From NCBI RefSeq assembly GCF_006345805.1, contig NC_043001.1, positions 75,144,001-75,208,000 of the forward strand: 64,000 nt of DNA, written 5' to 3'. This document shows positions 40,628 through 53,962 of the stretch, piece after piece; position 1 is the stretch's first letter, and each line of letters begins with the position of its first letter. The notes beneath the pieces are model-generated. The model saw only the letters and a list, made by a program, of their open reading frames with translations, was not told the origin of the DNA and ran no database searches. Made by a program: the position numbers and the translations under genes. This DNA comes from Octopus sinensis (Eukaryota).

Positions 40628-41173
40628 TCTTATATAAAATCTGTTCTGTGTGTGTGTGTGTATGCCTTCTAGGATCTCGGGCATCCTCCATCCGATTTTG
40701 CTCAAATTTGAGGTATAGATACCGACGGTATCAGGGCGTGTATAAGTCTTGAAACAATTGCAAAAATCGATTCCAGGTGAGAATGCGATCGATAAAGCCG
40801 TTTTTGTCCTGCTTTTCTTCCGTCAACCTGTACATAACTGCACCTTCCATTTGTTGTTGTTTTTGTACTGCTTAAAGGCACGTTTCTGCCAAGCTTACTG
40901 TTTAAACCATGTTTGTGTTCTCCCAGTCAACAGCCTTATCATTAGTGGTACTTTAAACTCTTCGGTTGCATATTTGTGTGAATAAACTCGTTTTTCTTTG
41001 GAATAGAAAATAAGTCTATCTTTATTTCTTCCTTTGCTGGTGACTCAAATTTAGGTTAAATCAGTGTTTCTCAAAGGGGAGACCTATGAGACGGTCGGAC
41101 TTGTTTTGAGAAAATTTGGTTTAAATGTTTGACAACGAAGCACCGTCCATTGGACGGGGGGCGTTTTGCTCGT
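40628..41173 (+). mobile_element. Non-autonomous Helitron
   Basis: 5' tcttatataaaa + (TG)n; 3' hairpin ccgtccattggacgg then CTCG|T; second copy at 15689-16150. Confidence 0.7.
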
Positions 41174-41221
41174 ATATAATATAATGCAATATCTTATGTG
41201 CACACGCATATATATATATAT

Positions 41222-42332
41222 ACTAGCAGCATAGCGCGGCGTATGTAAGAGCCCCTAGTAGGCAACGACTAATCCCGATCTAGTCCTTTCCCTCTAGGAA
41301 ACGAAGGCGCATGTGTAGGTTGCAATGTCTTCTCTTCACTCGAACACTTCTGTGTATACGACGTTCCTAGCTGTCCCTTTGGGTGAAAATATGAAAACAT
41401 CATTGCGCCTCCCAACGCGTGAACAGCCCACGTAGAGTTGACCGTGGGCGAAGCACTGTTCGCCCAAATGTAACCCAGCGACTTGTAGCGTTTGCCCTTG
41501 GGATTTATTGATGGATTTATTGATGGTGTTGGGGGTAAAGTCTCGAATGTAATTTCTTCCTGGTAGGAATTGGTTCACCAAAACTTAGGTTAGTCTGGAG
41601 GTTTCGATGTAATCTTTGGTTTGTATGTGGGATACCTTGAAGATTAAGTCTAGATTTCCTCCTGTGGGTTGAATTATCGATAGCTGTTTGATAGTTATTT
41701 GGGGGAGTAAGAGTTAAAGAAGGTCGAGTTGCGTCCCCTAGACAGTCTGTGGTTTGTGTGTAATGCACAAATCGGTTTGCTATGTGTGCCACATATGATT
41801 TAATTAACCGATTTTTTCCAGTAATAAAGTATCCTTTGGAATAAATAGGGCCATATAGCTCCTTGGAGCAGACATGATGCTCGCTGTGAATTTAAAAAGA
41901 AATTCCTGCCAATTTGTTAAAGATATTGTCGAAAATATGTCATCTTGAATTTGAACGTGATTTCCCAAAATGGCATGATTTTATCGAGTTTTTCTGATGG
42001 TAAGGTATTGCATGGAAAACTAACGTCATAATTAAGTTTCTTAGGGTAAGATTAAGCTTCACCATGAGTTTGGTGAAAATCGATTGTAAGTTGCGAAAAC
42101 TACAATAGAAAATGTGTTGCATATGAAAAGCTTAGATTCTCGACCCCATGTCGAATTTATCAATTTTCTCCAGAACTGGGGGGACTTTTCAAAATTTTCG
42201 CTGCGTTAGTTTTGAATTATGACATTGGGCTATGTGTGTGTCAAGTTTCATCAGAATCGGTTGAAAGCCGTGGACAGGGTGAGGGTACAACCTGACAGAC
42301 ACACAGACAGACAAACTGCCTTTTATATATAT
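41222..42332 (-). mobile_element. Non-autonomous Helitron carrying a helicase C-terminal remnant
   Basis: SINKSQGQTLQVAGLHLGEQCFAHGQLYVGCSRVG; 3' CTAG|T at 41222-41226; 5' end atataaaaggcagtttgtctgtctgt. Confidence 0.8.
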
Positions 42333-42406
42333 ATATAATATAATATATATATATATATAATATATATAATATATATGATATATATATATATATATATAAT
42401 ATATAT

Positions 42407-42472
<66 letters not shown>

Positions 42473-42781
42473 TGTGTGTGTGTGTGTGTATGTGTGTATG
42501 TGTATGTGTGTGTGTGTGTGCACGCATGTGTGCTAGAACACCTCGCATGTCATCACTGTCAGAAAAAAATTCTGTAATCATCTTAAAAATATGGAATTAA
42601 GATAAATAAATATATCTGATACCGTTTTCAAACGAAAAGTATTTTGCTCTAATCTTGATAATTTTTTAGTTAATTAGAAATTAGCAATATAAATATATAA
42701 CGGAAAACAAAAATATAAATATATAACGGTAAGCACAATCAGAGTTAATTACACCAAAGTGATAAAAAGAGGTTTACTTAC

Positions 42782-42960
42782 AATTTGTGCAATTTACAGT
42801 TGCAGAGTTATCGAATCTGCAAAAGGCGTGACCGAAATTGCTATGTTTACATGACAATATTGAACTCTCGTTTCCGTGGCATCGAACATTATCAATCCAT
42901 GACTGATGCTTTCCGCGAGAAGTCAATAGTAATCTGGAATTTGGAAAAGTCTTGCCTTGT
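42782..42960 (-). CDS. Multi-SRCR protein exon (second half)
   Basis: SWIDNVRCHGNESSILSCKHSNFGHAFCRFDNSATVNC; phase 2 to 1. Confidence 0.9.
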
Positions 42961-44429
42961 CTGTTGAAAAAATGGTATATTAACTATACTTTGATTCTCC
43001 ACATTGGTGCAAATACATTTGTTTTATAAAACAGAGGAATCCGCTAGCAACCTACTCCCAGTATGAAGCATTTTACGAAAGGAACCCTAAAGGCTGAAAG
43101 GAAATAGCAATGCAATCTGATCTGGTTCTACGATATCTAATAATTACTAATATACTAATTAGTGAAGGTGCATACTTGGCTAGGTGGTTAGCGTATTGCA
43201 CTGGAAATAGTAAAATAACGATTTTGATTCCTGAAACCGTTTTGTTCTTGAGCAAAATATTCAATTTCACGGTTTTCTAGTTCATTCACAAGTAAATGAG
43301 TTCCAGCATCAGTTGAGAAGTTGGGCCTGCGACAGATCAGCGTCCGCTTAGGGTGGACTGATTCCAGTCATTTGTTACACTTTGGAAACCGAAACTAAAC
43401 TTGAATATCTCAGTTTTCCAAAATGGATGTCTTAACGTTTTCAGATAAAATCCCGACATGATCAACTTTTTCAAACGTTTCGAGTCAAAGGAGCAAGAGC
43501 AACCTTCAACAAACTTTTCTAGTGACCCTGCGATTAGTGAACAGAAGGGTAAACAGTTGGCTCGAATGCTAGCAAGAGAATGGATTCTTGTGTAGGGGCT
43601 ACACGAATGAGCCTACTAATCAGCAACAAAAAAGGTTCCCCTAACGTATTTCCACTGTTTTGGCGTCCAGTTCACTCAAAAGGAATCGGTCAAGAGAAGA
43701 CTGTAGTAGAAGATATTTGCTCAAGGCGGCGCACAATGAGACAGAACAAGGAACCAAATAATTGCAAGGATTGCTTATAAGAATACAGCCGGGCGCTCCC
43801 CCAACACGCAAACAAACAGTCAAAAAATACACACCAGAACACATTTAATATTTCAATATGCTTGTCCATCATCATATAATATTCTTCGTACATAATTTTG
43901 ACTGAAAGAGGAGCCACGTATGGCTTATCTCTCATAGGAATAAGCCATTGTAAAGCCCTACAGTGTTGTACCAGAGGGATACAACACGGAGGAGTTTTAC
44001 ATAAAAGACGTTTACAAGAAAAATAATGAAAAGAGGAGATAATAATTCTTTCTAATTTTGGCACAAAACCAGCAATTTTTAATAGAAGAGTGTAAGTCGA
44101 TTACATCGACCCAAGTGCTCAGCAAGAATTCCTTTTATCGACTTCAAGTGGATGGAAGTTGACCTCGGTGGAATTTGAACTCAGAATATAAATCCGGAAG
44201 ATTCCGCAAGTTCGCCGTCTTAAAAGAGGAAATAATAAATATCAGCAAAGAAAAGTCACTAACAGGGGATGACAGCTAGCTGGAGCCAATCAGAGAAGCT
44301 CACAGAACCTTACCTACGCTGACACCAAAGATAAGCGCATCCTCTCAGCAATCGTTTCCCCGCCTACAATAGATTAGATTTATTTTCCAAGTGTTAGGGA
44401 ATTTGAAGGTGAGTAATTAGCAAATTTAC

Positions 44430-44571
44430 CTATAACCAAGGGATTGACATACTACTGCGGCATTGGAATTTGACCAAGACGTGTTGCAGACAGAACCCCA
44501 AATTCCATTGTACAAGATTTCCAGATATCCGAATGAACTATTCGGTACTGTATTATTGATGCGCATCTCAA
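44430..44571 (-). CDS. Multi-SRCR protein exon (first half)
   Basis: MRINNTVPNSSFGYLEILYNGIWGSVCNTSWSNSNAAVVCQSLGY; phase 1 to 2. Confidence 0.9.
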
Positions 44572-45117
44572 CTGAAAAATATCAATAATGTTGTTTACAT
44601 CATAAGAGTTTAGAAATTTCGAGAGAACGTGAAATAAATATTTTCTTTACTGTTGAACTCGAAGAAGATAAAGCTATAAAGATTCCTTTCTACTATATAT
44701 ATAGAAGATCTGAAATTTTGGGTGAAGGATAGTAGATTACATCGCTCCAGTTCTGACTAGTACTTATTTTACAGGCTTCGAAAGGATAAAAGGTAACGCC
44801 GACCTCAGTGGAACTTAAACTCAGAAAGTAAAGATAGAAGATATGTCACTAAGCATTTTGTCCGGTGTGCTACAGATTCTGCCAGCGTGCCATTATCTTT
44901 TTGAAAAGTACAAAAGGAAAATGCAATAATTTGAAATTTGAATAATGAAAATGTATTGAAATACTTTGTTGATATAATTCCTTTCTTTTTTCTCCTTTTT
45001 TAGAGTTAAAACTCTAAGTAGATAAAACTACAAGAAATAACGTGTAAATATTGGGTTGAAGACCTCTTTGGATAGAAAGTGCTAAATATTGGAATAAGAA
45101 ACCATCAGTGGATAGAA

Positions 45118-45357
45118 CAGTGTTTCTCAACCGGGGTTCACATAAGATTTTGTCGTTAAAAGGTATCTCCAATAAATTGATAATACTTTTACAATACACA
45201 AAATATTTTGACAATTTTTAAAATAAAATTCTTAATAATATTTAATTTTAAAAATATGATAGGGCATTTTTTAAACGTTGAATGGGTATAAAGGTCCAGT
45301 TGATTGAAATAGAACTCGTAGGGGGTCTTATAATCAAAACATGGTTGAGAACCTCTT
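45118..45357. mobile_element. hAT-like MITE
   Basis: Termini cagtgtttctcaacc / ggttgagaacctct. Confidence 0.55.
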
Positions 45358-45861
45358 GGGTAAAAGGTGCCCATATTATTAGTGATAGCGTTATAACGGT
45401 TGTAAGCTGTTCACTGACAACGTTCGGAGTTTGTACGACAATGATGGTTTTTAGCTAAGGTTAACGGGTTTTGTGCTTCTGAATGGCTAACATGTGTCTT
45501 ACATACTGCATGCCCTGCAATTACATTTCCGTAATTTACTTAAATTCAAAGTTGTAGAATATATAAATAATATGCATTTTGTCTTTACTTTCTTTAAAAT
45601 AAAATGAAACATTATAAATCGTTATATGCAAAATGAACAACGAGAATAAAAACGATGATTTTTGCATATTTTTCCTTAATAAGTTCCGGTAAATTCGAAT
45701 GCCGATATGCTAATCGCTGTTGCGTTTCGTCACAGGAGAAAAAAGACTTTTTCACGACGAATATGTGTTCCTAGTACACTAAAAGGGAAGAATCATGCAA
45801 GAAAATATACCACAAATCTATTATTAAAGAGAGAACGAGAAATAAATTGACAGATAGAAAT

Positions 45862-45917
<56 letters not shown>

Positions 45918-45963
45918 CGCTTTTTGCATTAAAACTTATGAAACACTATATGTATAATCTTAC

Positions 45964-46124
45964 CCATGGTACAGAAGACTCCAACATTATTCGAATTGCA
46001 AGAATTCGGACCTGTTAGTTCGTATGAGCATTCATCAATAGCATGTTCAGTACCATCGCACTTGAGATTGTTAATCATTCTTGGCAGTTGTGGTGTTGGT
46101 AGATTACTCAGTCCAAAGCCATCT
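45964..46124 (-). CDS. Multi-SRCR protein exon (second half)
   Basis: MINNLKCDGTEHAIDECSYELTGPNSCNSNNVGVFC; phase 2 to 1. Confidence 0.85.
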
Positions 46125-46246
46125 CTAAAATGCGAATATTAACATATTCAAAAGGAGAAACAATACTTTGCTAATCCCCACTGACAATGGATTAATAACT
46201 TATACCATATACTATAATGCATGTTGATTGATATTATATATTATCG

Positions 46247-47310
46247 TACAAGGTGTTCCAGAAAGATTTACACATATTTAGAACACTTCCGAAAAAAAAA
46301 ATAAGGTAATATTATTTACATTTTACATAATGATGTACTTATGTTTTTTGTTCATGTATCTATTTCGTCTATAACAGGTTTTTAAACAGACATGGCGTCG
46401 AAAGCAAAACGTGGCCAGATTATCGCTTTAAAAACAACTTGAGTAACAAGGATATAACAAAACAGTCGAACATGTGCCGTAAAACAGTGTTCGATAAATG
46501 GAAATGATATATGGAGTTCGCTACTACCTCCAACACGCCAATTCTTGGTAGGAAACGCTCAATTCATACCAAACAAACTGTGAAGAAGCGAATGAAGTGG
46601 AATCCCCACAAGAGTGCTAGAAAAACTGCAAAAGCTCTTGATTTTTAAAGAGGATTTAAAGCTAAACGTATATAAGAAACAATCCCAGTTAATTTCAGCA
46701 GCTTACAAGAAGAAATGGCTCGACTGGAGTAAAACCATATTTGCTGAGATGAAGCGCACCACTAACAAAGTGTTGATCTGGTACTACGAGAAGATCTTCA
46801 CTGTGGAGGAAGTTACCATCAGGCAGAATGACAAGCTTTATGCACGTAATGCAAGAGACTTGTCCGAAGGTAGCAGGAATCACTTACGCCGTCATAAGCC
46901 ACCTTCACTCATGGTATGGGCCGCAGTTGCAACTAATGGGTCCTAGTCACTCTTGGTCTTCATCGATGCTGGCGTCAAGGTCTGCAGTGAAGTTTATTTG
47001 GAAATACTGGACGAGAAAGTGTTACCCTGGGTCAGAGAAGACTTTAGTGACTGTTGCATCTTCATTCAAGACGGAACCACGGCCCACACATCCAATTTGA
47101 CACAGAGCTGATACAAAGAGCATTTCAGTGGTTTTTCGGGACAAGACGATATGACCTCCTTCAAGTCTAAACATCAATCCCAAGGACTTTGCTATCTGGT
47201 CTCTCTTAGAGAGTAATGTTTCGGCTCGCTCTTGTTCAAATGTGTCAGATCTGAAGAAAGCTCTTGTCTTCATGGTTCAAGTTAGATAAAGTGGTGGTAC
47301 GGTGCTCATT
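46247..47310 (+). mobile_element. Decayed Tc1/mariner-superfamily transposon (maT-like)
   Basis: Starts tacaaggtgttcc; LIWYYEKIFTVE, SLMVWAAV, FIQDGTTAHTS, PPSSLNINPKDFAIWS. Confidence 0.75.
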
Positions 47311-48294
47311 CATTCTCACCAGATATCTGCTCCAATCCAAGCGACTTTATAGAATCATCGATTCTACATTCCCACTACCACTTCTCACAAGTATCTCCGC
47401 ATCACTGATCGCCGTTTTCCAATTCATCCCAGGATTTTCCTATGGCAATATTGATGATATCGTTCCAAATGTCTTAAATGCCTATGATTAACAACCCATG
47501 CCTCATTGCCATAGAGTAACGATGGCAGAACACATGTGCTATAAACCCTAACTTTTAATTTGGAAAGATGTATTATGACGTGACCCGAGACGCTTGTCAA
47601 GTCTACCAGAGGCCAGTAGTGTTGGACGTACTCCCTAAATAAATGAATTTAGTTACAACTTCCAACCTTTGTCCATACACAATCACAGAAGGTTTCACAT
47701 AAAGTTCAGAGGGGGCAAGTTGGTATATCAGAACAGTTCTCTTCTAGTTGATTGTAAGGCCCAATGTTGTGCACGCTGTAGAAATAGTACTCATCATGTG
47801 TTGCATATCATCCTGGAAATGTGTTAACAAGTCACAATCATCTGCATGCAAGAATTCAATGATGTGAGAATGAAGAACTTTCGTTTTGGAACAAAGTCTT
47901 TTGAGGTTGAAGAGTTTTCCCGCTGCCTTATAACTTGTTTACACCCTTTCAGCCCAGTCTTCGAAAGCTATTTGAAAGACTATTGTAAAATACAGAGCAA
48001 ACAAAGTAGGAACAGGAATATCACCTTGTTTTACATATTTTCTACAGAAATTGGATCTGATAAGATACCTCCAAAATTAACTCTCACCCCCATCTCGTCA
48101 TGAAATTGTCTACGCATTTTCACAAATTTTCAGGCCGCCCAGCTTTTTCAGTATCTCCTACACGGCACAGAATTAAACGCTTTCGTCAGATCAATAAAAA
48201 CTCGACTAGGATTCTTTCGAATAAAACCCTTCAAAGGTGATGTCTAATGACTGAAACAAATAAAGGATAAAAAATAAAATTAAAATATCAATAT

Positions 48295-48418
48295 TTACAT
48301 TATCTACATTTGGCCTCATCTTGTTTGTTGTTAACACAACGTTTCGGCTAATATACCCTTCATCAGGTGTCTCGGGGAAATTTCAAACTTGGGTTCTCAT
48401 TCCTAAGGTATTTTTCGA

Positions 48419-48471
<53 letters not shown>

Positions 48472-48548
48472 TCACTGCCTGGAATCGCACTCGGAATCTT
48501 GGGGTTAGTAGCCCGCGCTCTTAACCACTACGCCATATGCCCGTGGGC

Positions 48549-48618
<70 letters not shown>

Positions 48619-48790
48619 CATCGAAAAATACCTTAGGAATGAGAACCCAGGTTCGAAATTTTCCCAAGACACTTGATGAAGACTAGTGGGTAGATCAGCC
48701 GAAACATTGTGTTAACAACAAACAAGATGAGAACAAATATTGTCAAATGTAAATAATGTACATAATTCCTCATCTCTTTAATATAGAACT
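48295..48790 (-). mobile_element. tRNA-headed element with (AAT)n spacer and hammerhead-containing tail, plus an inverted copy of the tail upstream
   Basis: Head at 48549-48468 (tggcgtagtggttaagagcg...gagtgcgattcc); tail 48422-48295 is inverted relative to 48617-48762. Confidence 0.75.
48333..48371 (-). ncRNA. Minimal hammerhead variant (palindromic AACGTT in place of stem III)
   Basis: gacac-CTGATGA-agg..gcc-GAAAC-GTT-gtgtt; mutated copy at 48668-48713 (+). Confidence 0.6.
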
Positions 48791-48870
48791 GAGAAATATC
48801 AATATCTATTGTAAGAATTAAGCTGGAACAGTTTCAAGTAATATGTTCCAACTTTTTTTTCTTTACTCAC

Positions 48871-49009
48871 TCGAAGCCCAACATGTTACATATTACGAAT
48901 GCTGCATTTTCTTCCCATGAATAAGGACATATCGATCGCCATTCGTTTTCGAGTAGAACTTCAATACTTCCAGCGTTGTCAGATATCTTATCAACCAGCC
49001 GGACACCAA
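48871..49009 (-). CDS. Multi-SRCR protein exon (first half)
   Basis: VRLVDKISDNAGSIEVLLENEWRSICPYSWEENAAFVICNMLGF; phase 1 to 2. Confidence 0.9.
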
Positions 49010-49074
49010 CTATAGGAACAAAAATAAAATATTTAGATATATTACACACACACATACACATGTATTTATGTATG

Positions 49075-49946
49075 TAAGATGGGGTACAAACTCGTAGTAT
49101 CTCACGCTTGTCCCAGTGGGACAAACCTGTTGTAGTTCAGGCTCCTGCCGCTAGAAGCAACTTGATGCGACTCTTAGGCATCAGTCTGCCGACTGGCGTC
49201 GTGGTCTGGAGTTGTACTGTCACGTGGAACGTCTTTGTTTTGCAGTGCTTCTACTCTGGTCGTCGATTTTTGCGATGGCCGATACGAAGGAACAGTGTGC
49301 TTCCGTAAAATTTTGTTTTCTGTTGGGGAAAACGGCAACCGAAACAGTTGTTATACTTCAAACAGTTACAAGGCCGATGCAAAAGAGAAGCTTACGAGTG
49401 GTTTCCATACTTTAGGAATGGTCGCTTGAAGACCAATTTCGTTCAGAACGACCATCGACCTCTCGTGAACTGATCTTGGAGGACCGTCACCGAACAACTG
49501 ACGAGGCTGTTGATACAACTGGTGTGTCCTGGAGCACCTGCCAACAAATTCTGAGCGAGGAATTGCGAATGAAAAGAGTTCCAACAAAATTTGAGCCTCG
49601 CTTGCTCATGGAAAATCAAAAGCAGTGACAACTGGATGCGTGTCGTGAACTGAAAGAAGAACTGGAAGTTGATCCGGACCTTTTTTCGAAGATCATCACT
49701 GGTGACGAAAGCTGGTGCTACGAATTTGCAGATGTGGAAGAGGTGAAGAAAAAAAATCGACGGAGGCGTTAAAAGGAATCACTTCGCAAGAGTTCCTGCA
49801 CTGCTTTGAATAGTGGAAAACGCACCTGGACCAATGCATTACTTCAAATGGACAATACGCTGAAGGCGATAAAAGTGTAAACATCTAAAACTAAGTAAAT
49901 AGAATAATATAGCAAAGTTACGTCTTCTTTTGGGCACCCTCTCGTA
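49075..49946 (+). mobile_element. Internally deleted mariner element
   Basis: MADTKEQCASVKFCFLLGKTATET, KIITGDESWCYE; right TIR ttttgggcaccctctcgta. Confidence 0.8.
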
Positions 49947-50435
49947 TGTATGTATCTATGTATGTATGTATGTATGTATGTATGTATGTATGTATGTATG
50001 TATGTATGTATATTCGTTTTGCTCTCTTTTCAATTTTAGAGGAAATTTTCACCGGCCACCTACTTGGTAACAAGGTTGTAAAGGAAAGTACCTTTTTTAA
50101 CCACCATACTTTAAATCTTAAGAATGTTTTTCAGATTTTTATAGTCCCAGATATGGTGATCAGTTGTAGCATATGAATTAAGGATTTGCATTCTCTCTTC
50201 AAGATCCCAAGTTCAAGCATATGAAAATTAAATAAGGGAAAAGAGAACAGGAAGTGTGTAATCAACTTCATTAGGTTACTGTTGTTACCACCACAGTAAG
50301 GACACCTTGATTATCAAGACATACTTGACCTGAAGAGTAGCTTGCTATCTACCCCTCGTTTGGATAATTACTATTTCCGCGGTTCCGCTAGCAATGAAAC
50401 ATATGTAGCCAGGATTTTATCTACTCTACTTCCCA

Positions 50436-50473
<38 letters not shown>

Positions 50474-50727
50474 CTCGCTTCTATCTGCTTCCGTCTGTTA
50501 ATGCACACATAACACATGAACCCAAGGTGTAAGGCTGTGGGACTGAACCATATGGATGGGAAGTGAACTACTTACTACATAGCCACGACCGCACCTGCGC
50601 ATATTGTTGAAATTGTTTAAATATTGTGCTCATCTTATAAGGCCTCAGTGTCAACTGATTCATATATATTTGGGGATTGGGGATGTAAAACAAAGTAAAT
50701 TTTACAAAAGTGCAAAGCTGGACTGAC

Positions 50728-50900
50728 CGTCTGCACAAATGACATAAGCTCCTGGAAAATGGCACCGTGTTGACGCAAAGACAGGACAATCAAAAATAGA
50801 ACTTTCATTTCCATTGCAATTCAAAGGCGTCTGGATTAACAATGAAGACCTGGTTGGTTGGAAGAAGACATTCTTTCTGATTTGGTATCCGATTCCATAC
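50728..50900 (-). CDS. Multi-SRCR protein exon (second half)
   Basis: PLNCNGNESSIFDCPVFASTRCHFPGAYVIC; phase 2 to 1. Confidence 0.85.
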
Positions 50901-51619
50901 CTGTATAGAAAAAACAACATATTAATGTAAAAAAAATAAAGATTTAATTTACGTCTTGTGAGTTATTTAATGTAATTTTGGTGTCTCACCTTAAAATCTA
51001 CACTGAGCTTAATTGTGGTGTCATCAGCGAAGCCGATGTTACCTTTGGAAAAACAACTAAGGACCAAGGAAAATTTAATAAACTTATATATGAGAAGACA
51101 CGGGATAAAAGCAGGTAAAGGGCAGTAAAACTGAAAAACAGATAATAACCGATAATTACCAAAGAATTAAGAGAAAACTTAAAATATAGCAAAATAAAAG
51201 TAAATTACGTGTGGTCTGCATAAGCATTCTTATTAAACTATTATTATTTGTGTAGATATCAATACTATCAATATAGTTGGTAGAATCGTCGACACACTGG
51301 ATAAGGTGCTTAGCGTTATTTCTGCCGGTTTTATGTCCTTATCTCAAATTTCATAGAGGTTGACTTTGCCTTTTACTCTTTTGGGGTGGATAAAATAAGG
51401 ACCATTTGAGCTCTGAGATCGATATAATCGAATAACCCCATCACACACCTAAAATTGCTGGCCTTGTGCCAAAATTTAAAACAATTATTTTGCAGATATT
51501 GCTGATCGGGGAACAGTTCATAAACTCATCCAACAGCAGGAAAAGTATTTCGTTTCTACTAATTAGGTACTATGCAACAAGCTAAGACCTTCAAGTCAAA
51601 AACAGAAATTCGACGATTA

Positions 51620-51965
51620 CTGTCAAAAGGTGTTGTGTTGTGGTACGTTCTCACACTGTTGCTCATACTGTTGAAATTTCAAGAAATGGAAATGTGAGAT
51701 GTGAATCCTTGGTTCTTTGGGCCATCATCTGTCTTCTACATAAATTCTCAAAGACGCGTTAAAAAGGCCGTTAATTTGCTGTGATTGAAGAAGTGAAGGA
51801 AGCAGTGGATACGCGGCTCATTTCTCAGCCAAAATTATTATTTATTTCTGAGGGCATAAAGATGATTATACAAAGATTTTACCAAGTGTGTTGAAAAGTA
51901 TATTAAATATGTTTAAAAGATAGTGAATCGTGCTTTTGGTACCTGTGTGAGTAATAAATTGCAAA
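51620..51965 (+). mobile_element. Mariner transposase C-terminal remnant
   Basis: gaagaagtgaaggaagcagtggatacgcggctc...ttctgagggcataaag...aagtgtgttgaa (EEVKEAVD..SEGIK..KCVE). Confidence 0.5.
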
Positions 51966-53050
51966 AGAAAATGACTATAAAAAAAAACAGGTTGGGTCGT
52001 TGTACCTGCTTTTCAGAGCAAGTGGAGCGGCTATGGTGAACGGGTCAAGTTCAAACTATACTGTGATAACAAGGAGTCAACATTAAGAGCTGCACGCAGC
52101 ATTAATTTTCTTGCCAACAGGAAAACATTACAACCGATTTTTGATTAATTAATGGCACATATTTGTAGGTGAAAGTAAAATCCACAGAAACACCAATAAA
52201 AACTTCGGGAAGTGTGAGGAATAAGAAAGAAATTAGACATTTGACGACGGTGGGCAGCATAACAAGAAACTTTAATATTTACTTAGAATTCACTATTACA
52301 AACACATCTCTAATGCATAAATGTTTCAAAAAGCGACCAAATAATTAAAATTATATATTTGTAACACTAACACATCTATGTTATTTTGTTAATAATAGAT
52401 TTAAGGATCGTTCTGAGTCAGATGCGTAAAATGTAACGTTTTATTATGACTAAGCTGAGTGGTATTCTTGAATTATAAAGAGCTAGTTTAATACAGGTGG
52501 GTACAGTTATATCTAACGCGTGCGTGTACATTCAAATTCGAAAAGACGTTCGCTGCGGATACTTTAGCTGGAGGGAAATTCTCCTTTAAAACAATCTTCG
52601 TGAAAACACCAATGGACTATGAATGACATTGTGAGATCATATGATACGTGTTTCTCATCGCCAAGCTTCATCAGCTAAGCACACGTAACTTATTATTTGC
52701 TAAGTACCGCAGATTTAAATTGGCTATGAACAATAACTTTGATATATGTGGCTAATGAAGTGCAACTACGTAGAAACATACGTGTCCTACGGTCTTCTGA
52801 CGTTATTTATTGCTAAAGTATGTTTTCATCTCTCGCTGCAGTATTCGCAGCGGTAGTCTTTCCACGTTTGAATGTATATGCAAGTGTTAAATATAATTTT
52901 ACACGCCAATATTTTAATCTTAGTGTATCTCTAATTAAATATATTAATAGTCTGTGTGAAGTGAAATTTGATAAAGAAGAAATTAAAATTGTAGTTGTGT
53001 CATAAAATGTACGGACATTTTAAAACAAACTTCATATATTTTATACTTAC

Positions 53051-53189
53051 ATGTGACCTAACATCCGACAAACCACCATCGCGTTATTATTGTTCCAATA
53101 ATCACCGCAAAGGTTACCCCATCTATGTGTCTGAAAAATTTCAACACGTCCTTCTTTTTCTGATTCGCCATCAACCAATCGAATTCCCT
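53051..53189 (-). CDS. Multi-SRCR protein exon (first half)
   Basis: [44 protein letters not shown]; phase 1 to 2. Confidence 0.95.
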
Positions 53190-53789
53190 CTGTAAAATAT
53201 CGAAATGAATATGTAGAACCTTCTTCATTTATTTCAAAAGATAGTTTTACATTGGTAACAATTTAATAACTTAGGTAATTTGGGATACAAATTACTCAAG
53301 ATAGTTAAATGTCTTTCTAAGAAAGACCATATGGCATCATATGGATGACTCTAAACTATGATTCAAAGAAGGAATTTGGACATTTCAAAAATTCAAGTAA
53401 TCTTTATTTCTAAGTGCGTACTGGGAGATCAAAAGTGAGATATGGCGTAAATATATTTCCCACAAGTGAAAGAATAAAGGAAATAAAATCATTCATGAAA
53501 TGTCAGAAGTAAATTTTCTTCGAATTTCAAGTTGACTACTAATATGAAATATAATTTGCAAAAAAAAAAAAAGCTTTCTTATTTTAGGCACAAGAATTAA
53601 ACATTTCAAGGTGTTTGGTCGTTATCATCCACTCCAGTATTTGATTGGCTCTTTACTTTATCGATCTCCACAAAAGGATAAAAAGTGAAATGGGACTCGC
53701 TCAGATGTGAGCTAAGAATATAAAGTGCTGAAATAAATGCCACAAAACACGAATGATTTATTCAGAGAAATGAACATCAAATTACTTAC

Positions 53790-53962
53790 TCTCCAAGCAG
53801 ACGACACCTGCATCACACGAATGATTACAAGCCATTTTATCACTCCAGGGTTTCTTCGCGCAATGATCAATGAAAGTTTCATCACCATTACACGTAACAT
53901 CGTCAAACCATATAGTGCCCCTTCCTTGACCAAACTTCCAGCCACCATATGAGATACCTTGG
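53790..53962 (-). CDS. Multi-SRCR protein exon (second half)
   Basis: FGQGRGTIWFDDVTCNGDETFIDHCAKKPWSDKMACNHSCDAGVVC; phase 2 to 1. Confidence 0.95.

Noticed and set aside
44430-44571. Initially suspected transposase remnant
   Set aside because: It translates as an in-phase SRCR exon with canonical splice sites.
48468-48549. Functional tRNA gene
   Set aside because: The acceptor and T arms do not pair properly and the B box is mutated; it is better explained as a SINE head.
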